Of a stretch of 64,000 nucleotides of DNA, positions 39,957 through 47,850 are shown piece by piece. The stretch covers positions 23,216 through 87,215 of the forward strand of contig CAZCTC010000023.1 of the NCBI GenBank assembly GCA_964501335.1, read 5' to 3'. A model generated the notes under the pieces. The model had not been told where the DNA came from and made no database searches. It saw only the letters and a program-made list of their open reading frames with translations. The position numbers and the translations under genes are program-made. The stretch is from an uncultured Anaerolineales bacterium. GTDB taxonomy: Bacteria; Chloroflexota; Anaerolineae; B4-G1; SLSP01. Every line of letters starts with the position of its first letter. The stretch's first letter is position 1.

Positions 39957-40778
39957 ATGATCACTATGAAAATCACAGAAAAGACCAGACTGAACACCGC
40001 TCATATTTTAGTCGTCGACGACGAAACCACAGCCCGTGGAGCCATCGCTCGCGCCCTGCAATTGAGCGGTTATCAGGTCCAGGAAGCCGATTCCGGCGAA
40101 GAAGCCCTCCAATATCTCAATGCCCAACCTTACGATGTCATGCTGCTCGATCTCCGCATGCCCGGAATTGACGGCGTCACCGTCATGCGCCATATCCGCG
40201 CCGAACATCCCCACACCACCGTCATCGTCTTGACCGGTTATGCCACCCTGGAAAGCGCCATCGAAGCCGTCAAGGTAGGGGCGGCCGATTACTTGATGAA
40301 ACCTTGCAGCATCCGGGAAATCATCACCGCCGTGGAAAATGCCCATCAACGCCGCCAGGAACCGCGCCTGAGACAACAACTTATTGAAGTCATGCAAGAA
40401 GCCCTGGGAGCCCTGCAAACCCCCGCCCCGCCGCCCGTCGTCACGACAACACCACCATCCCATACCCCCAGCCCCTTACAACTGGATTCCGCCCGTCAGC
40501 AGCTTCTCTGGAACCCTATGAACAACACTGCCCCCCTCTCCGTCGAACTGACGACGCACGAAACAACCCTGCTTACCTACCAAATGGAACATCCCAACGC
40601 CATCCTCACCTGCAATGAACTCGCGACGGTGCTGGGATATGAGCAAATCGCAGCCTGGGAAGCCCAGGAGATCGTGCGTCCGCATATCTCCCGCCTCCGC
40701 CAAAAAATCCGCCGGCTCACCCCCGAAGAAATTATCTTCACCATCCGCGGCAAAGGCTACCGCTTCAACCTCCCCTGA
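39957..40778 (+). CDS. OmpR/PhoB-type response regulator (REC plus winged-helix) with a Pro-rich linker
   Basis: ILVVDDETTARGAI...LLDLRMPGIDG; C-terminal ...RPHISRLRQKI...IFTIRGKGYRF. Confidence 0.85.
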   Translation: MITMKITEKTRLNTAHILVVDDETTARGAIARALQLSGYQVQEADSGEEALQYLNAQPYDVMLLDLRMPGIDGVTVMRHIRAEHPHTTVIVLTGYATLESAIEAVKVGAADYLMKPCSIREIITAVENAHQRRQEPRLRQQLIEVMQEALGALQTPAPPPVVTTTPPSHTPSPLQLDSARQQLLWNPMNNTAPLSVELTTHETTLLTYQMEHPNAILTCNELATVLGYEQIAAWEAQEIVRPHISRLRQKIRRLTPEEIIFTIRGKGYRFNLP

Positions 40779-40801
40779 CGAAGAAGCAAAAATCTCCCCG
40801 A

Positions 40802-40867
40802 GGGCGGCCACATCGGGCCGCCCCTACCCAAATGCCGCCAATGTAGGGGTACCCCTTGTGGGTACCC
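40802..40867 (-). repeat. REPIN-like inverted palindrome doublet (R1), copy a
   Basis: GGGCGGCC-ACATCG-GGCCGCCC-CTAC...GTAG-GGGTACCC-CTTGTG-GGTACCC. Starts 24 nt after the RR stop. One palindrome carries the paired change GGGCGCCC to GGGTACCC. Confidence 0.85.
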
Positions 40868-40885
40868 AATCCTGACAAATCGTCT

Positions 40886-40937
40886 ATTTTCATCCTTCGG
40901 GGTGCCGCCCCCCGCATGGCCTTCTGTCCTGAAAATA
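40886..40937 (+). repeat. R5 repeat, copy 1
   Basis: ATTTTCATCCTTCGGGGTGCCGCCCCCCGCATGGCCTTCTGTCCTGAAAATA. A near-identical second copy lies at 41228-41277. Confidence 0.9.
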
Positions 40938-41060
40938 GCCCCGTCTAAGGTGCGACGCACTTTCTATCCCTAGAACCACCGATTCAAACGGACCCATCTG
41001 AAGGCAAGTCGCCTGTCCTTGCAAGATCAGAGTGCGTTGCACCTCTTTAGAAAATCACCC

Positions 41061-41222
41061 TCACCCGCACAAAGCCCCTCTCCTGTAAGTTGCGCCGCGC
41101 TGGATCGGAAGAGAGAGTTTTTTTGTTGATGTTTTGGTGCGCCTCAGAAGGCGCACCAAAACATAGGCTTTTTCAGAGCCGCACAGGCGACGCAGGCTGT
41201 CTACTTGCCGCTGTCTACTTCC
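41061..41222 (-). repeat. Mosaic repeat tract in inverted orientation: motif B, R2 hairpin, CTGTGCGG block, GTAGACAG block
   Basis: Reverse complement reads GAAGTAGACAGCGGCAAGTAGACAGCC...CGCCTGTGCGGCTCTGAAAAAGCCT-ATGTTTTGGTGCGCCT-TCTG-AGGCGCACCAAAACAT-CAACAAAAAAACTCTCTC...ATCCAGCGCGGCGC...CTTTGTGCGGGTGA. Confidence 0.85.
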
Positions 41223-41227
41223 GCTGA

Positions 41228-41277
41228 ATTTTCATCCTTCGGGGTGCTCCCCTGCATGGCCTTCTGTCCTGAAAATA
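41228..41277 (+). repeat. R5 repeat, copy 2
   Basis: ATTTTCATCCTTCGGGGTGCTCCCCTGCATGGCCTTCTGTCCTGAAAATA. Differs from copy 1 only in the central G/C segment. Confidence 0.9.
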
Positions 41278-41541
41278 AGCCGGGGCCTTTAACGCAGAGT
41301 CGCAAAGTTGCAGAGGCGCAGAGCCAGAGAAAATAATCTATCCCTCTCTGCGTCTCTCTGTGATCTCTGCGCCTCTGTGGTGAAATCTCTTTCTCCTCCT
41401 TCCAGGTGCCGCCCCCTGCAAGCTTTTGCAAACAATTGCAAGCACCGCCCTCCCTCTCTTCCGTTAAAATTAAACATACGTTGTCATAGCATTATCGTCA
41501 CGCCCATCATTGGCGCCCCAGGTCCAAATCGAGGATCAATC

Positions 41542-42087
41542 ATGAAACACACAGCAGATGCACTTAAATTCGCTTCGGGGAATTTGCTGACGTTCCGGAT
41601 GGGACCCCAACATTACGCCCTGCCGATTGAAACAATCGTGCGCGTCATCGAAATGGTCACCATCGCCCCCCTGCCGCAAGTCGATCCCAGCGTTGTCGGC
41701 GTGATCAATGTCAACGGCGCCCTGGTCCCGGTCGTCGACCTCCGCCGGCATCTGCACCTTCCCGAAATCCCCTGGGACCTGCATACCCCCATCATCTTGA
41801 TCCGTCTCGACCCCCAAACCATCGGACTGATCGTCGATGAGGTTTTAGACATTCTCGAACTGCCGGCAGATCAACGCATCGCGCCGGCCGCCATCCTCCC
41901 GGCCACCCTCGGCCAGATCTCCGTCCTGCAAGGCCTCCTTTATCATGAAGGAGCCACCCTGTTGATTCTGGACAGCTCCCGCCTCTTCGACCCGCAACAG
42001 GCCGGCCTGCTCGCCGAAGCCACGACCTTTCTGACAAAGGCCCCTCCGGAACCTGCCGCGGAGAACGCCGATGCCCACAACACCTGA
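41542..42087 (+). CDS. cheW: CheW-like coupling protein
   Basis: LLTFRMGPQHYALPIETIVRVIEM...VVGVINVNGALVPVVDLRRHL. GAGGA RBS lies before the ATG at 41542. The 41308 ORF extension runs through repeats. Confidence 0.85.
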   Translation: MKHTADALKFASGNLLTFRMGPQHYALPIETIVRVIEMVTIAPLPQVDPSVVGVINVNGALVPVVDLRRHLHLPEIPWDLHTPIILIRLDPQTIGLIVDEVLDILELPADQRIAPAAILPATLGQISVLQGLLYHEGATLLILDSSRLFDPQQAGLLAEATTFLTKAPPEPAAENADAHNT

Positions 42088-43573
42088 TCAAATCGCCTCC
42101 GAGTCCTTAGGATACGGCGATTACGTCCGCTTCAGCAAGTTACTGCTGGACCGCTACGGACTCTACTTCTCCGAACGTCGCCGCGGCGAACTGGACAACG
42201 CCGTCCGCAAAAGCTTCGCCGCCTCTACCTGCAAAGATCTCACCGAATACTACACCCTCCTGGTTGACCAAAGCGACGGCGGACTGGAACTGGAACGACT
42301 GATCAATGCAGCCACCGTCAATGAAACCTACTTCTTCCGCGACTCCGCCCAGTTCGACGCCCTCACCCAATCGGTCCTGCCCGAAATCATCGAACGCCGG
42401 CGCAGCCTGCGCACCATCCGAATCTGGAGCGCCGGCTGCGCCAGCGGCGAAGAACCCTACTCCATCGCCATGCTGCTCTGCCACCTGCTGCCCGACATCC
42501 AGGATTGGGCCATCACCATCCTCGGCACCGATATCAACACCGAAGCCCTCGACCGGGCCCGCCAGGGCATCTACGGCGAATGGGCCTTCCGTGAAACCCA
42601 GGCCCGCGAATGGCGCCCCCGTTACTTCCATCCCCACGGCCCCCGCTGGGAACTGGACCCACAGATCCGCCGCATGGTCACCTTCAATCCGCTCAATCTG
42701 GCCGAGTCGGTCTACCCGACCTATACCACCAACACCATGTACCTCGATCTGATCATCTGCCGCAATGTCACCATCTATTTCAATGAACAGGTCACCCAAA
42801 CCGTCGTCAACCACTTCTACGACGCCCTCATCGACGGCGGCTGGCTGATTGTAGGACATGCCGAACTTTCCCTCAATGTCTATCGCAAATTCACCCCGCG
42901 CAACTACCTCAATGCCGTTTTCTATCAAAAACCCTCCAGTACCCCGGTTCAAATACCAGCCCTGACGCCGCCCCCCGTTACCCTCGAACCGGCAAAAACC
43001 GAGCCCCCCAAAACATCCCTTCACCAGACGGCCCCGCTCCCCGCATCCATTCCACCGCCTTCCTTGCTGGAACAGGCCCGCAAGTATCTTGAATACGGTC
43101 AGTCCCAAAAGGTCAAAGATCTCCTCCTGCCCGCCCTCAAGCAAAGTGGCATAGACCGTGCCGCCTGTTACACGCTGCTGGGACAGGCCTGCGCCAACCT
43201 CAACCAGCTGGAAGAAGCCGAAAACTGGTGCCAGGAAGCCGTCAAAATCGACCGCCTGGCCCTGGAAGCCTATTACACTCTCGGCCTGGTCCTTCAACAT
43301 CAAAAGCGGATCGATCAGGCCATCGAAGCCTTGAAAAAAGTAATCTACATCGACCACAACGACATCCTCGGCCATTTCACCATTGCCCGCCTCTACTATG
43401 AACGAGGAATGCACTCTCAGGCCCTCAAAGCTCTGGACAATGCCCGCCGGCTGCTGGAAAACCGCTCCGACGACAGCGTCGTACCCCGCTCCGGCAACGT
43501 CACCGTCAAACGGCTGCGCGACGCCGTCACCCGCCAGCAGCAACAATGGACCGCCCAGTCCACCAAAAACTAA
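42071..43573 (+). CDS. cheR: CheR-type MCP methyltransferase with a C-terminal TPR domain
   Basis: CheR_N plus SAM domain (NETYFFRDSAQF...IRIWSAGCASGEEPYSIAMLL...ICRNVTIYF), followed by TPR repeats (aa ~340-470). Confidence 0.9.
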   Translation: MPTTPDQIASESLGYGDYVRFSKLLLDRYGLYFSERRRGELDNAVRKSFAASTCKDLTEYYTLLVDQSDGGLELERLINAATVNETYFFRDSAQFDALTQSVLPEIIERRRSLRTIRIWSAGCASGEEPYSIAMLLCHLLPDIQDWAITILGTDINTEALDRARQGIYGEWAFRETQAREWRPRYFHPHGPRWELDPQIRRMVTFNPLNLAESVYPTYTTNTMYLDLIICRNVTIYFNEQVTQTVVNHFYDALIDGGWLIVGHAELSLNVYRKFTPRNYLNAVFYQKPSSTPVQIPALTPPPVTLEPAKTEPPKTSLHQTAPLPASIPPPSLLEQARKYLEYGQSQKVKDLLLPALKQSGIDRAACYTLLGQACANLNQLEEAENWCQEAVKIDRLALEAYYTLGLVLQHQKRIDQAIEALKKVIYIDHNDILGHFTIARLYYERGMHSQALKALDNARRLLENRSDDSVVPRSGNVTVKRLRDAVTRQQQQWTAQSTKN

Positions 43574-43639
43574 TAAATAACTCGAGTTGCTACCTCGATA
43601 AATCTGGCACATTATTCAAGATCCGCTGCATGCCATCCA

Positions 43640-43810
43640 GAAGTAGACAGCAGCAAGTAGACAGTAGACAGCAAAAATCTTCGCCTTACCGGCTCAATGA
43701 ACTGAAAAGCCCATTTTTTCGCACTGACAGTGCGAAAAAATGAATAAAAATTAATTTTTCTCCCCCTCCAGCGCGTCGTCTCTTACGGAGAAAATGCCCT
43801 GTGCGGGATG
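43640..43810 (+). repeat. Mosaic repeat tract: GTAGACAG block, R2 hairpin, motif B
   Basis: GAAGTAGACAGCAGCAAGTAGACAGTAGACAGC (43640-43672). CATTTTTTCGCAC-TGACA-GTGCGAAAAAATG (43712-43742). Motif B at 43766-43810 ends 15 nt before the cheW ATG. Confidence 0.9.
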
Positions 43811-43825
43811 TTACAAGAGGAAAAT

Positions 43826-44482
43826 ATGAAAAACAAATCACAGTCCACCCTACAACAAAAAACCAACTTGAATTGGGATCAACTCCATGAGCGCATCGCC
43901 GCCGTCGAAAGCGCCCTGGACGAAACCAGCACCGCCAGCCCCGAAACCCTCCACCGCGCCTGGGCCCAACGCGCCGCTCAAATCGCCCGCAAAGCCGCCG
44001 AGGGCGACCTCGGCGAACAATGTCAGCTGGTCGTCGTCCGCCTGGGACAGGAACTCTACGGCCTGGAAGTCCAATACGTCTTCGATGTCCGCCCGCTGGA
44101 ACGCCTCACCCCCATCCCCCGCCTCCCCCACTGGGTTCTGGGCGTCGTCAACCTGCGCGGCCAGATCCTCTCCGTCGTCGATCTCGCCGGCTTCCTGGGC
44201 CTGCCCCACGCCGATAAACCGGCCGAATCCGACTATCTGGTCGTCATCGAAACCCCCGAAATGGAGCTGGCCCTGCGCGTCGATGAGATCTTCCGGGTCG
44301 AATCGCTTCCCGCCAACCATATCCACGACCCGGCCGGCATGGCGCTCAACATCCGCACCCAATATGTCCGCGGCGTCGCCGAATTACAAAAAAGCGATGA
44401 AATCTCCGATCTGATGGTCATCCTGGATCTGCCGGCCCTGCTGCGCGATCCGCAACTCATCATTCACGAAGAAAGCCTGTAA
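43826..44482 (+). CDS. cheW: CheW-like coupling protein (second copy)
   Basis: QLVVVRLGQELYGLEVQYVFDV...VLGVVNLRGQILSVVDLAGFLGL. AGAGGA RBS lies before the ATG at 43826. The upstream ATG at 43808 lies inside motif B. Confidence 0.85.
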   Translation: MKNKSQSTLQQKTNLNWDQLHERIAAVESALDETSTASPETLHRAWAQRAAQIARKAAEGDLGEQCQLVVVRLGQELYGLEVQYVFDVRPLERLTPIPRLPHWVLGVVNLRGQILSVVDLAGFLGLPHADKPAESDYLVVIETPEMELALRVDEIFRVESLPANHIHDPAGMALNIRTQYVRGVAELQKSDEISDLMVILDLPALLRDPQLIIHEESL

Positions 44483-44494
44483 AGAGAGGAACCC

Positions 44495-45115
44495 ATGGCC
44501 TTCACCTACTTTTTCCGGGATCCGGAGACGCTGGCATTGATCGTCAAACACGCTTTGCCCGATCTCAGCACGCGCTGCTACATCAATATCTGGGATGCCG
44601 GCTGCGCGCACGGCCCGGAACCCTACTCCCTGGCCATTACGCTCCGGGAAAACATGGGGCGCTTCCTCTTCCGCAATGTACGCATCTACGCCACCGATCT
44701 GGATGAAAACGACACCTTCGGGGGGATCATCGCCCGCGGCTGTTACAACGAAGCCGAAACCCGCCGCATCCCGGCCGATATCTTGGCGCGCTACTTCGAT
44801 CCCCAACCCGAAGGATTTCAAGTAAAAGCAGAAATCCGGCAGACCGTCCGCTACCAGCGTCACGATCTGCTTTCCCTGCAGCCCATCCGGGAAGAGCTTG
44901 GACTGATTGTCTGCAAAAATGTCCTGTTGCACCTCTCGCCGGCCGATCGCATTGCCATCATCCACATGTTCCACGCCGCTCTGGCTGAAGGCGGTTATCT
45001 GGTCACCGAGCCCACCCAGAAACTGCCGCCCGAAGTCGAACCGTTCTTCCACCCCCTTACCGAGGTCGGACAGCTCTGGCAAAAGGTCACAGCCTCCGTC
45101 CCACAACTCTGTTGA
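44495..45115 (+). CDS. Short CheR-like SAM-dependent methyltransferase lacking the CheR N-terminal helical domain
   Basis: Begins directly at the TYFFRD motif ([13 protein letters not shown]...). [21 protein letters not shown]...VCKNVLLHL. Confidence 0.8.
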   Translation: MAFTYFFRDPETLALIVKHALPDLSTRCYINIWDAGCAHGPEPYSLAITLRENMGRFLFRNVRIYATDLDENDTFGGIIARGCYNEAETRRIPADILARYFDPQPEGFQVKAEIRQTVRYQRHDLLSLQPIREELGLIVCKNVLLHLSPADRIAIIHMFHAALAEGGYLVTEPTQKLPPEVEPFFHPLTEVGQLWQKVTASVPQLC

Positions 45116-45152
45116 ACACATTCAACATAACAGTCAAAAAAGGGGGAACATC

Positions 45153-47720
45153 ATGAACGCTTTAAATGACATGAAAGTCGGTACCAAACTTATCCTCAGC
45201 TTCTTGCTGATTGCCTTCATCCTGGCCGGCGTCTCAGTGATCAACTACCTCAACATGAGCAACGTCGATAAAAATGTCGACGCGCTCTATAACGACCGCA
45301 TGCTTCCGGTCAACCAGCTGCAAAACGCCCGCGCCGCCATTCAGACCATCCGGGGCAATCTTTTTAAAATGCTCCTTTTCCCGGAAGAACGGGCCGATAA
45401 AGAAGCCGATATCAGAGACCAGATCGGCATCATCAACGATAACATCGCCGCCTACAAAGACACCTATCTGGTCGATGAAGAAAAAGCGGCTTTAAAAATA
45501 TTCGAGTCGGCCTGGACCACCTATCAAAACCGGGTCCTGGCCGACGTCGAATCGATCCAGGAAGGCGATGAGGCCGCCGCCCGCCAACATCTGCAGGAAG
45601 GCGGCCTTACCGACAATGCCCGCGAAGCCGTCGGCGACACCCTGGATGAACTGATCCGGATCAATTTAGACCTGGGCAAAGAAGCTCACGACAACGCTCA
45701 AATTACCTATAGCAACGCCAATCTGATCTCACTGATCGCCGGGATCTTCGGCGTTATTCTTGCCATCGGCCTCGGACTGGTCATCAACCAGGGCATCACC
45801 GGCCCCCTGAACCGGGGCGTCAAAATGATGGAAGAAATGAGCCTGGGACACCTGAGCATTCGTCTGCGCATGGACCGCAAAGACGAAATCGGCATCCTCG
45901 CCCGCGCCATGGATAGCTTCGCCGACGACCTGCAAGTCCTTGTCGTCGGTTCGCTCAAACGGATCGCCGACGGCGACCTTTCAGTCGAAGTCCCGATCAA
46001 AGACAACCGGGACGAAATCGGTCCGGCCATGAACCAGATCCTCGCCTCGCTGCGCGGCCTCATCGCCGAAGCCGGCACCCTCACCCGCGCCGCCGTCGAC
46101 GGCCGGCTCTCCGTCCGCGGCGAGGCCGGCAAATTCAAAGGCGGCTACCGCGAGATCGTCCAGGGCGTCAACGACACCCTCGATGCCGTCATCGGCCCTC
46201 TCAACGTCGCCGCCGAATATGTCGAACGCATCTCCCGCGGCGATATGCCCCCCGTTATCACCGACACCTACCACGGTGACTTCAACGAGATCAAGAACAA
46301 CCTCAATACCCTCATCGCCACCCTCAACAGCCTGATCGAAGAAGCCAAGATCCTCACCCGCGCCGCCGTGGACGGCAAACTCGCCACCCGTGGAGACAGC
46401 AATAAATTTAAAGGCGGTTACCGCGAAATCGTCCAGGGCGTCAACGATACCCTCGATGCCGTCATCGTCCCCCTCAATGTCGCCGCCAGATATGTCGAGC
46501 AAATCTCCCGTGGCGATATACCCCAACCCATCACCGACACCTACCACGGCGATTTCAATGAAATCAAAAACAATCTCAATACCCTCATCCTCACTCTTAA
46601 CAACCTTATCGGCGAAGCCAATATGCTGACCCGCGCCGCCGTCGACGGCAAACTCGCCACCCGCGGCGATGCAACCAAATTCAAAGGCGGCTACCGTGAA
46701 ATCGTCGGGGGCGTCAACGACACCCTCGATGCCGTCATCACCCCCCTCAATGTCGCTGCCGACTACGTCGACCGCATGGCCCGCGGCGAGATCCCCCAGC
46801 CCATCACCGACCGCTACAACGGCGACTTCGACACCTTCAAGAACAACCTCAACCGCCTGAGCGATCAGCTCCGCACCATGCTCCGCAACTTCAACGACGC
46901 CAGCAACAACCTCGCCTCCGCCGCCGCCGAAATCCTCGCCGCCACCACCCAGCAGGCCTCCGGCGCCAGCGAACAATCCGCCGCCATCTCCCAGACCACC
47001 ACCACCGTCGACGAGGTCAAGGCCATCGCCGAACAGGCCGCCTCCCGCGCTCAGGAAGTCGCCAACGCCGGCCAGCGCACCCTCGAAGTCTCCCGCACCG
47101 GCCAGAAAGCCGTCCAGGACACCATCGACAGCATGGCCCAGATCAAAGAACAGGTCGAAGGGATCGCCGAAAACATCGTCGCCCTCTCCGAACAGACCCA
47201 GCAGATCAGCGAGATCATCGCCTCCGTCAACGAGATCGCCGCCCAATCCAACATGCTCGCCCTCAACGCCTCCATCGAGGCCGCCCGCGCCGGCGAATAC
47301 GGCAAGGGCTTCGCCGTCGTCGCCATGGAAGTCCGCAATCTCGCCGAGCAATCTCGACAGGCCACCACCCAGGTCAAAACCATCCTCTCCGAAATCCAGC
47401 GCGCCACCAACGCCACCGCCATGGCCACCGAGGAAGGCGCCAAAGGCGTCGACATGGGCGTCCAGCTCGCCGCCCAGGCCCGGCTCTCCATCGACCAGAT
47501 GTACAGCGTGATCAGCGAATCCGCCCAGGCCGCCTCCCAGGTCCTCGCCGGCAGCCGCCAGCAGGTCTCCGGCGTCGAACAGATGGCCGTCGCCATGCAG
47601 AACATCAACCAGGCCACCGTCCAGAGCCTGGCCAGCACCCGGCAGGCCGAGCGCGCCGCCCAGAGCCTCAACGAACTCGCCCGCGCCCTCATCCAGAACG
47701 TCGCCCAATACCGGATCTAG
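45153..47720 (+). CDS. Methyl-accepting chemotaxis protein with a 4HB-like sensor, HAMP and three 91-aa tandem repeats
   Basis: TM1 ([18 protein letters not shown]), a ~190-aa helical sensor, TM2, HAMP, repeats at 46059-46877, and signalling domain [47 protein letters not shown] lies before the ATG at 45153. Confidence 0.9.
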   Translation: MNALNDMKVGTKLILSFLLIAFILAGVSVINYLNMSNVDKNVDALYNDRMLPVNQLQNARAAIQTIRGNLFKMLLFPEERADKEADIRDQIGIINDNIAAYKDTYLVDEEKAALKIFESAWTTYQNRVLADVESIQEGDEAAARQHLQEGGLTDNAREAVGDTLDELIRINLDLGKEAHDNAQITYSNANLISLIAGIFGVILAIGLGLVINQGITGPLNRGVKMMEEMSLGHLSIRLRMDRKDEIGILARAMDSFADDLQVLVVGSLKRIADGDLSVEVPIKDNRDEIGPAMNQILASLRGLIAEAGTLTRAAVDGRLSVRGEAGKFKGGYREIVQGVNDTLDAVIGPLNVAAEYVERISRGDMPPVITDTYHGDFNEIKNNLNTLIATLNSLIEEAKILTRAAVDGKLATRGDSNKFKGGYREIVQGVNDTLDAVIVPLNVAARYVEQISRGDIPQPITDTYHGDFNEIKNNLNTLILTLNNLIGEANMLTRAAVDGKLATRGDATKFKGGYREIVGGVNDTLDAVITPLNVAADYVDRMARGEIPQPITDRYNGDFDTFKNNLNRLSDQLRTMLRNFNDASNNLASAAAEILAATTQQASGASEQSAAISQTTTTVDEVKAIAEQAASRAQEVANAGQRTLEVSRTGQKAVQDTIDSMAQIKEQVEGIAENIVALSEQTQQISEIIASVNEIAAQSNMLALNASIEAARAGEYGKGFAVVAMEVRNLAEQSRQATTQVKTILSEIQRATNATAMATEEGAKGVDMGVQLAAQARLSIDQMYSVISESAQAASQVLAGSRQQVSGVEQMAVAMQNINQATVQSLASTRQAERAAQSLNELARALIQNVAQYRI
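46761..47689 (+). repeat. 929-bp segment of MCP-1 that appears identical to 49730-50658 in MCP-2
   Basis: Translations are identical in three reading frames across the segment (sense frame plus two antisense shadow ORFs), and spot-checked nucleotide lines are identical. Confidence 0.85.
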
Positions 47721-47843
47721 GGATGGGACACACCCGGGATCTTTTAACAGAAATGGTTTTACAGGGCCGGTTTTGGGCGCCCACACAGGGGCGCCCCTAC
47801 ATCAGAGGGCCTTTTGTAGGGGCGGCCCGATGTGGCCGCCCTA
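47721..47843 (+). repeat. REPIN-like doublet (R1) with a 54-bp conserved leader, copy b
   Basis: Starts at the first base after the MCP-1 stop. GGGCGCCC-ACACAG-GGGCGCCC-CTAC-ATCAGAGGGCCTTTT-GTAG-GGGCGGCC-CGATGT-GGCCGCCC (47775-47841). The leader GGGATGGGACA...TTTTAACAGAAATGGTTTTA also occurs, reverse-complemented, at 60381-60435. Confidence 0.9.
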
Positions 47844-47850
47844 TAAAAAA

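Noticed and set aside
42140-43612. Long antisense ORFs opposite well-supported genes. Examples: 42140-43612, 45981-47786, 48923-50842, 51497-53305, 54078-55124, 30921-31982, 28800-29654, 19901-20830, 12692-13339.
   Set aside because: These are typical high-GC shadow ORFs. Their products are low-complexity (G/D/A/V/R-rich) with no recognisable motifs, while the opposite strand encodes clear CheR, MCP, CheA, CheB, thiolase, HMGR, kinase and hydrolase homologues.
44907-45152. Extended N-termini given by the ORF track for MCP-1 (44907), MCP-2 (47975), cheW-1 (41308), cheB (54090), the AAR-like gene (22251) and the Ser/Thr kinase (59262).
   Set aside because: The extensions overlap upstream genes or run through repeats. 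Internal ATGs with good Shine-Dalgarno sequences and canonical protein N-termini (a TM helix for the MCPs, a receiver start for CheB) were preferred.
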